64,000 nt of DNA from Paraspadella gotoi (taxonomy: Eukaryota > Animalia > Chaetognatha). The DNA lies in contig CM119271.1 in assembly GCA_051294375.1 (NCBI GenBank), forward strand, positions 3,379,061-3,443,060. The letters are read 5' to 3'. Below the pieces are notes generated by a model. It saw only the letters and a list, made by a program, of their open reading frames with translations, searched no databases and had not been told where the DNA came from. A program made the translations under genes and the position numbers. Below are positions 53,629-64,000 of this stretch, piece after piece; positions within the stretch are counted from its first letter, which is position 1; each line of letters begins with the position of its first letter.

Positions 53629-55114
53629 TCAATCCTTTCCGATAGATCTTTCTTTGAATTGACAGAGTCTTTTCAAAAATTCCCTTCTTTCCTCCGCGGA
53701 TGTGGCGAACAAAATCCTCGTCCAGCCGCTTTCGCCGCACAGCAGCACGTCGCCCGGGACGATGTAGCACCCGGCCTCTTCCAGGAGGTCGCGGCAAAAA
53801 TCTCTTGGCGACCCCGTCGTCTCCTCGATCGAGGAGGACCGCGCTGTCGCGAACTCGTTGAGGTTGGCCCAAAGACAAAACCCGGCGGAGCTCTGCAGAA
53901 CCGTAATTCCCAAACTCTTCAGACCGGCCTCCAGCTCGTCGTGAGCGGCTTTGAGGCGTCGAAGGTTGACGGGAAAGAACTCTGTCTCGAGCCAATCGGT
54001 GTCGGTGACGAGAAGATCGAGGGACCGTTGGATCGGTGCCGGGACGTTGGTAAACTGAGAGAGACCCGATAAGGCGGAGACCACGGCCGGGTTCCAGCTG
54101 TACACTACGGCGCATCTTAACATGGCGGAAGAACAGATGTCACAAAAACACTTACCTGACTCTTTCTTAATAATTTTGTTATTTGCTACAGGATATCCCT
54201 AATCAAAGACGCTCGTATCTCCACAACACCTGAATCCCGAAAGGCAAAGATCCTTGCTGAAACTCCAATAAAAGTGGACTCTGCTAGGGTCGGGAAACCG
54301 TCGACTGAGACTGGCGATGGAGCAGCTTTCTTCGCCGCCTTCGAAGACGGACATGGCGAATACCTCGTCTATGACTAGGTGGAGGTCGTGGGAATGGGCG
54401 AAGTCCAAGACGCTGAGGAGTTCGTCCCGCGTGAGTAAAGTCCCGAGAGGGTTGTGGGGATTCATAAGGACAAGGCCGCGAACCTTCTCCCCCTGGGAAC
54501 GGCTCTCTTTCAGGACGCGCGCCAGATCGGCCAGGGTAAAACGAAAGGGCGGGCTCGATCCGCTCGCCAGAGGGACGGGAATCATTTTCACTCGGGATCT
54601 TAAAGTTTTTAAGAAAAAAATATGAAATAAATAAATAAAAGTTTCTCAAAAATGTTTAACAATAAACCAACCTGTCGCCCAAATTTCCCTCGATGCGCCG
54701 ATAACACGGCGTAGTTCCCAAAAAAGCGTCTCCTTCATCGGCCAACACGTGCGCGAGCGCGTCCAGCGCCGTCGTGGCGCCGTTAACGACGACGAGACGC
54801 TGTGGATCGAGAGGCTCGTCGCTGCGGAGACGCCGAGTCAGCAGATCGGCCAGTCGCCGGCGAAAAGGCGGAAGTCCCTGCTTGTCGAAGTAGTACTGGC
54901 AATCGGGCTCGTAGTTCCATATCTGTTTTAACCGCTTCGTCAGTACGTCCTCCATAAGGCGGTTCTCGGCGGTTCCAAGGTTGACGACTCCCTGGGGGTT
55001 TAAGTCTGGGTGGAACTTGTTCTCGTACCACTTCATAAAGGCCGTGTCTAGGAAAGTTGTTCGCGATCCAGTGGCCAAGCGCGAAGCGCGCTCGGACACT
55101 CCGTCCACCGACAT
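53629..55114 (-). CDS. ACCS: 1-aminocyclopropane-1-carboxylate synthase-like PLP-dependent aminotransferase, three exons
   Basis: NPQGVVNLGTAEN, VVNGAT, NPHNPLG, HLVIDEVF, SFSKDLCLSGFR (PLP lysine) and GWTRILF. Confidence 0.88.
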
Positions 55115-55376
55115 TTATCTTGAAGAAATTAAACAATCTCTAAACTTCTAAAAAAATATCACCAACTCCCCAAAAGAGGGACAAGAAAAAGTCGTTCATC
55201 GGTAAAATTGAATCCAGAAAAAAATATCCGGTGAACGATAAAAAAGTTGTATAAAGAGTGATTAAGGATATTGTATAACGACATAGCTAAAAAAAAATTA
55301 TCTGTCACGCATGAAGCCCAGACTTTACGAAGTCCGCAGTTAGTAATGACGGGCTATTGAGAACAAGATTTTCGGT

Positions 55377-57284
55377 TCATTTAAAATGAATGACCGGGAT
55401 TTGGAGATACATGGCTTGATCGTGCTGGAGCGAGAGATGGCCGGCTCGTTCGGTGGGTGCGGCGGTAAAGACGTATTCGTTATATTCGAACCGCTTACTC
55501 CTAAATTCTTGCATCCGAATAAAATCAACGACGTCTGACGGAATGACGCCCGTGTAACGGCCGCGAGCAACCCGGGCCAGACCATCAGAGCCAAGTCGGT
55601 CGCGAACCATGCGCCGCGTCAGGAACTTAAGTGAGGGCGTAGAGAAGTGGAGGGAGGAGGCGAGGATCCAAAGATTCGAAACAATTTTCATTGATCCAGC
55701 GGTTGTGGTCAACGAAGGCGACTCGTGTTCGGTCCGAGCTGCCGGAGCAGCTCGCGGAGCTTCCGCAGCGGCCTCCCCCGTTTCGCCTATCCTCGGTGCC
55801 TCCACTTCAGCAGGAGCCTGCGACGCCTCATCCGCGTTTTCGCCTAATAAATTTGCCTCTCTTAACGCGGCTCCGACATTGTATATATGACGGGCATGCA
55901 GGTTGACGCGAGTTATGGCATCACTGATGGATATTTCCTGCAACAGAGAACCTTATGATTGTGAGTTAGATCAAAGCAAAAACAAACCCTGAACTACGAC
56001 CACAACAGCAACTCTCCCACCAACCTCGGCCTGCTCATTGATAGGGTATCGGAGGTTGGCGGCGGCCAAGAGCACCACGTAGTTAAGCCTCTCGAGGGGA
56101 TTGAGGAACGGGTTGTCGATGACGTCCTCCAGGACAGAGTAGTCGGCTGGCGGAGAGCCCCAACTCAAGAAGAAGGCAAAGTGGCGTAGAAGCTGGAGTG
56201 GATCCCCGATCCAGACAAAGTAGAGACGCTGAAGGAACTCAAAGATGGTCTCTTCGGAAGCATTCTTGCGGGAGACACTAAGAAACAAAGATCGTTCGAC
56301 GGTGATCCACGTAAAAAACAAAAAAACAAAAAAAAAAACAACAAAAAAACAAACCTAAATGCAGAAGACCTCATGTATTTCTCTAGAAACACGATACAAT
56401 CGTCGACGAGAGCCTGTTGCGAAAGAAAGGTGCTATCTGTGTCATTAATGGACAAGCTCGTCCTCAGTCTGAGGCCGAGCAGTAAAATGACGAGGAATGG
56501 GATCGGGATCTCGTTCATCGACTCCATCGTCTCCCAAGCGATCGAATCCGCGGATTTGAAAGGCCGTGTCTCCTCTAATCGCGGGAGGAGGTACTCATAG
56601 TTTCTCCGCATAGTTTCCAGGCTTGTCCGCCAACTCGAAAGGGCTGCGTTGAGTTTAGGTTAATATAATACTAAAAATTTAAGACTTTCGACAAATCTCA
56701 TCGCGCATTTTACCCCCGTATTCCCACGAAGTGCCGACGACCAGACTTTTTTCGATGAGAGCCCTTTCTACGCCACCAGCGACGAATTCTGGAGGCGGTC
56801 GATTGTCGCGATTTAAAAGCGCCGACGCCAGGGGGAAGTTGGGCCCTTCGTCGACGTCCAGAAGCGCGAGGACGAAGGGTGGATTCCCCTCCGCGTCCGA
56901 TCCTTGATACGAGAATACATCAAGTGTGAAAAAAAAATTCGGGCCATTTCACTTCCGACGTTGAAATTTCTCACCGAATCTAATTCTCGAAAGCCGGTCG
57001 GGAAATAGCTGCTGCTCCAGCTGGAAAACGGAGAGGACTTCCGAGCAGCCGACGTATGCGGCGCAGCAAAAGACGCAACCGCCGCCACCGCCGTGACCGT
57101 TATCGCCCTCGCCGGCGCCTCCGAGGAGAGGAAGCAAGCGGCGCTCAAAATCGCTTCGACGACGGTCCACGTCCAACTCGGCGATCCCTTCAATCTCGCG
57201 GACGAGACCGACAACCTCATCGATCAACGGCGTCGTCTTCATAGGCCGTCTCGAGGTCGAGACGGGCTCGTTTTCATTGGCCAT
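55377..57284 (-). CDS. Uncharacterised multi-exon protein with C-terminal SOCS box
   Basis: Several GC-rich minus-strand exons; the last contains TPSLKFLTRRMVRDRLG...IPSDVVDFI (BC box and cullin box pattern). N-terminal part not recognised; 5' exon junctions uncertain. Confidence 0.6.
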
Positions 57285-57647
57285 CGCGATCCAAATGCTT
57301 GTTCTCTCACTCGCCGATAAAAACCCCCTTTTTGAAAACAAAACACAAAACAACGAGGCGAGTATTTTCTCAAATACTAAAGCAAAGAGATGAAGACCAG
57401 GCAGGTGAGAAAGTAGCTTAAAGCGCCTCGACGTTTTGCCGCGTCCACGATAAGCAAAATGTTCGGCGACTCGCGATGCGAAGAGAGCAATGAATTTTAG
57501 TTGTTTTTTTTTCTTTCTGATCAGCCGCTAGGTTTGGCCAAACGGAAAACGGTTTTTTTTTTTTTTTTTGGTCATTTAATTTGGAAATCCACTTCATTCA
57601 TTCTTCTCTTTCCATCGCATTTCCACAAAAAAAAATAGTACGAATCT

Positions 57648-59602
57648 TTACTCGATCACGACTCGCCCGGGAACGACGACCCCCTCCCAGCGCAAAGCCA
57701 CCGGGTCGCCGTGTCGAGCCATCATCTCTTGAAGGAGAACAACCTCGGCGACGCCCTCGATCCCGGGAGAGAGAATGATGGACTGAACGTCGCCGGCCAG
57801 GCTTACGGCGCGATGGTAGAGGATGACGTGACCGGACATTGGGAGGGAGGGTTGGCCAGGGAGAAGGGTGCAGGCGATCTGGGAAATGATGGCAAGAAAC
57901 CAATGAGGTTCGCCGTAGAAATTATTTTATTAAATCTCTCTCATTTCTCCTAAATTGATCTAACCTTCCAACTTCTCGAAGCGCGCCAACCATCCAATGA
58001 GGGATGAAACAACAACGAACCCCGTCTAATCGAGACGTATTTGTTGGCTCGTTTGAGAAAGGCGCCGCCGCGATCGCCTACGATAAGATTGGGCGTCGTG
58101 CGACGGAAAATCTCTAAGTTTTTTAACACGACGTCAGTTCTTAGGCCAGTTGTGAATACGCGAAGAGTTTCGCCCGCTTCCGCTTTGCCCTGAGCACGAG
58201 TCAATGAAAATATTTTTTTGACTAACATTTTTTTTGTCCATCCCGCTCGTTTCCAATCCCCAACCTGCGCCACTCTCCCGGCGGCGAAGAGGCCCCGCGT
58301 CGGAATGTCTCCGATCTGCTCCACGTGCATCGCGAAGGGAGCCTCCGTGTTTCGCCGGCGCGTCTCGGTCGTGGCTCCGTCGACGACCCGTAGAAAATCG
58401 TCGATTCCTGAGGAATCAGCGCCCGTCTGCGCGGCCGCGGCGTCGCCAACGACGAGGCGATCCATCTCCGTCGGCGTTAAAGTCTCGCTTAACTCCATCC
58501 CGACGAGATCAACGACTTCCGCCTCGGTGGAGGACGTGGCGTTGACGAATGGAATCACCGTGGGCACGCCCATGTGTTTAGCGACGTGGTAAAGGGTCAA
58601 GGTCTCGGGGGCGACGCCTTCGTCGGCGAGGACGACGAGGACGACGACGTCGAGGAGAGCGAGATGGGCGATAATGTTTTTGAAGAAACTGAGGGTGATG
58701 GGACGGTCACGATAATTCAAATACATGTTTACGAACTACTACATAATCCTTTAAAGAGACTTTAGCATGTTACCCTCTCTACTGCTTTACTTGAAATCAC
58801 CGGGAAGATCCGTGTGCATCACCCGCCAAACATCCGTCCACCATTCGAAATGAGACGGGGCTTCCGTGCGATTGGCGGCCATTTCGTTAGGTTGTCGGTA
58901 GATGTCTCGTATGTCCCTGCCAAGCGGATTTATTTATTTATTTTTTTTTTTTTGCGCCGCGAGTACTCGCGGAGCAACTCTATAAGTCACTTTTCGGTCG
59001 GTCTGTCCCACATACGTTAAAAATGCTCATAACTCGCCTATAGTTGGTTGCTCAATTGTTAAGACGGTAAAAATACTTAAATCTAAGTGACTGCGAGCGA
59101 CGCCTTCAGGAAATTCTAAAACTATAAAGAATAAAAGATGGAATTCCGAATACAAATACAATATAAAAACGTTTTTATACATAAATACATACATAAATAC
59201 ATAAATTTCCAAGTCATGTAGTTATGTGATCATAGGGAAGTACACGTGAAAAAGTTACTGCGGCGCAAAACATTGTTCGGTTTAATTTTACATCTATGAA
59301 TTTTACTGCATCCTTTATTCCATTGTTCCCTAAAATATATTCCTTTCACTCTCTCACCGAAACGGGACGTCCCCGTTCGACGCAAGACGGCGCGTGATGG
59401 CGGACGACAACGTGGTCTTTCCGTGACGGGAGGCGCCGACGGTGGCGAGATTGAGGTGCGGTCGATCGCGGACGAAAGCCTCTTTTCGTCCGTGATGAAG
59501 CGAAGATTGGGGCGCGGAGTCTGACTGGGATGCGGTGGAGGCTCTCCGACAAGTGGCGGCCCAAAGTCTCGAGCGGAAAGCTCTAACAGTTTTTGTCGCC
59601 AT
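57648..59602 (-). CDS. Divergent mitochondrial elongation factor Tu paralogue with degenerate GTPase motifs
   Basis: Arg/Ser-rich presequence, FVRDRPHLNLATVGASRHGKTTLSSAIT, HTDLPGD, FFKNII, DVVVLVV..DEG..PET, MGVP, domain II (IPTRGLFAAGRVAQG, LEIFR, GDRGG, RRG) and a short domain III; five in-phase exons. Confidence 0.85.
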
Positions 59603-59846
59603 CTCTACCGACTTTATTTAATAACAGTCTACTCTACGGAGACCCAAAAACAATAAATGACGATCATGCCAGCCGCGTTACGACAGTAACGAATATAATA
59701 AAATTTGTACGGATGTTTTAATAATAAAATCCCACGTACAGGTCCAAGAAGCGTTAACCATAAATACGCCACCGAACAATGCCCGATAATGATAATCACA
59801 CTTTCGACGAAACAATTCGAGTGGAAAACTTTGGTCAAATGCTTTT

Positions 59847-60372
59847 TCACTTGGTCTTCTCCACCAAGAGTGGCCCCACATTATCCCCGGTGTCCTTGTT
59901 GTGCTGGTTGTGAGACCCGTCGCAATATGGAAACTTCTTGCTCTTCCAGCATCGACAGAAGGCGACCTTGTCGCCCAGATCTTCGATGTCGAACTTGTCG
60001 ACCACTTTGTCGCAGTCCTTTCTGACGGAGGCGTTGCAACGACCGCAAGGCGCCATGACGTCCGGCGGCGTCGAGATCAATCCTTTCTCGTGAAGAAACT
60101 TGGAAAAAAAAGCGAAATAAAAATACTTAAAAAATAGAGAAAAATGGAAAGGAGGCATCACGGATGACGCTAACCTTGAGCAACGCGGGTTTCTGGTCGA
60201 GCGCCACCTTGGTCGTCGAGTAGACGACGAATCCGAGAGATCCGCAGGCGACGATGAGGGAGACCCAGTCCCCGGCAGAGAGGGAGGCGAAACCGGAGAT
60301 GGAGGAAGGAACGGGCAGGGAGGAGAAGTAAGAAGGGATAGAGACGCGAACAGCATTAGAGACGCACTCCAT
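59847..60372 (-). CDS. CISD2: CDGSH iron-sulfur domain protein (CISD2/Miner1 type), two exons
   Basis: [29 protein letters not shown]-terminus and [31 protein letters not shown]. Confidence 0.95.
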
Positions 60373-60599
60373 GACTTTTGTTTTTTTTTCCCCTTTTGTA
60401 AAAATCTAACAACAAACAACGGAAGAGCGCTAGAGTGCAATACGAAGTTTGATGATTTACGAAGACAACGCCGAATATTTGGAAAAAGGTGATAGGCTTT
60501 TGACAACATTAAACTAATATATTAAAATTCAACTTGTGACAAAAAAGTGAAAAAAGACGGAATTGTTCGAATCGAGACTAGTAGTCCTTCATATTTTTC

Positions 60600-62076
60600 T
60601 CATTCGAGCTTTGGATGCTCGACGATATTCCAGGCTCCAGTAAAGTGTCTGAGGCTGATAAGGACGAGATCCCGTCCCATCTCCAACCAGCTCCAGAACG
60701 GCACCAGTTTGGTCCCTTCGATCTCTTGCCACCTGACGGCCACTTCCGCGACGGGGATCTTAAGGCTTTGAGCGATGTATAGAAGCTCGACGTCGAAGGC
60801 CCAACGCTCCACGTGGAGATTGCAAAAAGTGCTGAATGGAATACAGAAATGAGCAGCCATCACAGAACTGAATCAATTTAACTTTCTTTTCAAAAGTAAA
60901 CTACTCACCGATAGGCAGCTTTTCTGGTAAGAAGTTTAAATCCGCACTGCGTGTCCTTCACTCCGCGCACGCAGAAAAACCAGACGAGAAAGTGGAAGCC
61001 GAGCATGAGCACGTTGCGGAAAAAGGTTCGTTCCGCCAGTGCAGCCTCTTGAAGGTGGGCGCGACTCCCACAGACGACTGCCTCTCGATCTGGGCGGAAA
61101 AAGGTTGATGGGTGACATTTACAAACAATGTTATAAGTAACTAAAATAGTAGATAATAATTAAAGTCAATCGTCCATCGCACCTTTTCCGGTGCCGCATC
61201 CCTCCGGTATCGCAGCCTCCAACTTCTCCACGTCGGCGAAGGCGGTGGCGCCGTCGGCGTCGGCGAAAAGAATCATTTCGCCGCGCGCGCTGAGGACGCC
61301 TAGGCGAACGGCGCCGCCTTTTCCGCGGTTGCGCGAGGCGGTCAAAACCCGGACTGTAAGGAAGGTACTTCACATTGCATTTAGCAATCTTTCAGCTATC
61401 GTGATTAATAATATGAAAGACTTCTATATCGAGGGTTGTAAAAAAACCAAAATCAAAATTTCTAAAAGTAGAAACAAGGTAAGGTGGAATGACAAATAAT
61501 TGTCCTCACCAACTCCGTTCCCTCCTCGACCGACCTTTTTCGACTCCATACTTCTCGCTGTACATCATCGCCACCTCGGAGGTCTTGTCCCTCGAGCCGT
61601 CGTCGACCACGACGACTTCGAAGGCGAACGACGGCGACGCGGACCGACGGGCTTCGAGGTATTCGAGTGCCTCGTTAAGCATCGGAGGAAGGCGCTCTTC
61701 TTCGTTGTAGGCGGGAACTTTTATTTGAAGGGAGGGGGCCAAGTTATTAATGATGGGGGAAGTGAACAGATGCAACTTCTGCTCAACTAGAACTCCATAG
61801 AAGTTAAGAAGGAACCCCCTCTTTTTTAATAAGTATAAAATAAGCGCCAAATCATCAATTCATCTCACCGATGACAGAGAGATCGATGGAAGCCTCGTCA
61901 ACGATCGAAGGAAACGGGAGATGCTTTCCGCTTTTCGGATCGCGAAACACTTTCTCTCTTTGACCGCGAGCGAGATTCGGCTTGGGTGGGCAGCGAATGT
62001 ATATCGTCGATAGCGTTAACACGGTCAAGAAGAATACCGACGCGCCCCCGATCACGAGCAGTTCGAAAACCACCAT
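60600..62076 (-). CDS. ALG5: Dolichyl-phosphate beta-glucosyltransferase, multi-exon
   Basis: FPSI, VPAYNEEERLPPML, VVDDGSRDKT, NRGKGGAVRLG, FADADGAT, DTQCGFKL, RWAFDVELL and WQEIEGTKL. Confidence 0.95.
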
Positions 62077-63830
62077 GGCTCCGTTTTTTTTTGTAAGCAA
62101 TGATGAGACGAAGCCGTTTAAAAATAAATCCTCGACATTTTAGAAAATGAAGGCTGTAATATAAAATATCGTATAAAATATTTTTTATTATTACGAATAA
62201 AATCCTATTGCTAGAGTAAAAATAGAAAGTTGGAATAAATTCGCTTTATTTTTATCCATGGGGTTAATAAAATTGAGACACTGCTGCCCTTTACTGGAAG
62301 ATCATGACAAAAATATTAGTTCAAAAATAAATTTAATAAAAAATCAAACTGCGGCTGGCACGAACATGCGACCAGAACCGGCAGCCGCACTGATGAGCAA
62401 AATGTTTAAATTAAAAACGTTTGACTTGCTTAGTCTAATCGATAAGTCCGTTTCTTGGATGTTAAAAGGATGAAAAGTAATTTTACAATGAAATGACGAA
62501 TAGCCAAAAAAAAAAACAAAAAAAAAAAAAAAAACAAACTTTATAATGCCCTAACTCCTATTGAAATTTTCAGGTTTCTGAAATATTTCATCATGAAGAA
62601 AATAAAACGAGAAATATTTTTCCCGCACGTTAGCAATACTATTAAATACATTTTTTTCATCAGTGTTATGACTAAAAGTGACAGACCCAGTTTCTTCTAT
62701 TAAACTTTCTCAAAGAGCAAAATATCAAACTAAGATCTAATAATTCTACATGCAAGATGCATACTTTCTTAGAAGATTTTACGAAATGTAGTTATGGAAA
62801 TATAAGTATATAAACCCATAACGAATTAAAACAAACATGCACACCGGCACATTCTGAGCAAAACAATCATTACTAACTTAATCAAAGTTTATTATGCAAA
62901 CATGAAGTAAATCATTTATCAGAAAACAAAGTCAAAGGTACGTAGTGGAAGACAAAATCAAACTAATGCATTGCATAACATAAAACCTCGTCAATCGTCA
63001 TGTAATACGAAATTACTGATCGCATTTTGTGCGAAGTTGTAGACCACCGAGTTAAAAACAATCGCAATGAAAAAATTCCGAAAAAGGAATCGGTTTAAAA
63101 AGCAGGTAAAAATGTATATGGGATTAAAGACTAAGAGTAAAATGTTAATGGCACCAAGATGTATTTCTACCCAATATGAAAAACGGAAGGCCATATGGAG
63201 ATTAGCCAGAATAAAAAATAAAATAGTAGTAGGCGATGATGGCAACAAAATAAGGCAAGTTTTTGCAAATGAAGCTAACGAAAAGGGAGTTAAAACGCAA
63301 ATAACCCTATTCGAAAGCTTAAAAGTTTAATAATAATAATTAAAATAAACAATTTACGTGGAAAAAATAAAAAAGATAATGACCAATGCCTTCAAAAGCT
63401 AACGGCAATTTAAAAAAAAAACTGATAAAAAAAAATTACTTTTTAATTAATAATTATGCGTATAATTCAGTAATCATATGTGATACTGTAACAAAGCCGA
63501 GGGCAAAAACACGTTTATGAGATCATACATGTCAACAAAACCTCGAGTTTCGTTAATGTAAAAAGGGGTACAATCCCATTTTTAAATAATTACGTGTCAT
63601 TATCAATTTAAAGAAATTGCCGTCCAGTTTAATCAAGTATGAACGCTTGAACGATAAAGGTTAAGAAGAAATGGTTAATTTCGACCTACTAAACCCGAAA
63701 AGCTTATTTATAAAAGACACCGCGCGTTCACATTATTATTATAATTAAATTAACGCTAAAAATGAAAATGGTTCGAAAGAGCGAATTGGGAAAGATAAAG
63801 TTTAAATCGTATTCATTTTTTTTTCATTTT

Positions 63831-64000
63831 TCATTTTAATCTCCAGACTAAAACGAAAATGAAAAACTTAAGAGATGGAGAGAGAAAAAGGGAAGAAGAA
63901 GAGTTGGGATCCGAAGTCGCTTCGTTCGTTTTCGCCTCCGCCATTTTAAGTTTTTTCGGCTCAAGATCCAAAACGAACAAGGGGCGTTCGACTTCGTCGT
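63831..64000 (-). CDS. Probable last coding exon of an upstream gene, hydrophobic (GPI-signal-like) C-terminus
   Basis: Open frame from the window edge DEVERPLFVLDLEPKKLKMAEAKTNEATSDPNSSSLFLSPSLKFFIFVLVWRLK-stop, followed by about 1.6 kb of AT-rich UTR-like sequence. Confidence 0.35.
   Translation of the reverse strand, partial: DEVERPLFVLDLEPKKLKMAEAKTNEATSDPNSSSSLFLSPSLKFFIFVLVWRLK

Noticed and set aside
62568-62665. Box C/D snoRNA-like TGATGA...CTGA on the minus strand
   Set aside because: Very AT-rich, with no terminal stem or recognisable guide; likely chance.
62991-63330. Overlapping 85-87 aa ORFs
   Set aside because: AT-rich UTR-like composition with no recognisable motif.

Overview
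Eukaryotic (animal) nuclear DNA with GC/CpG-rich exons and short AT-rich GT-AG introns. Every host gene I could assemble lies on the minus strand. In transcription order (right to left): a probable C-terminal exon at the window edge, ALG5, CISD2, a highly degenerate mitochondrial EF-Tu paralogue, an orphan SOCS-box gene, ACC-synthase-like aminotransferase, COX6A, MTBP, a spliced apparently non-coding unit, a zinc-finger/RS/TRIR-domain gene, CCDC87, VPS35L, CEP83, DNMT1, NDUFA11 and TMEM164. An intronless SPSB/gustavus gene is nested on the same strand inside a TMEM164 intron. Stop-to-start spacers are mostly about 180-460 bp and several ATGs are preceded by a splice acceptor with no obvious donor, which points to a large trans-spliced operon. 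The DNMT1 lacks its CXXC finger and N-terminal DMAP1-binding region. Mobile elements include Penelope-like elements with minimal hammerhead ribozymes, DIRS derivatives, MITEs and tRNA-derived SINEs; their copies show CpG-decay signatures while exons look CpG-rich. Gene identities come from my recall of homologous sequences, not from database searches. The host taxon is not determinable here: an SL-trans-splicing invertebrate such as a chaetognath would fit, but that is inference.
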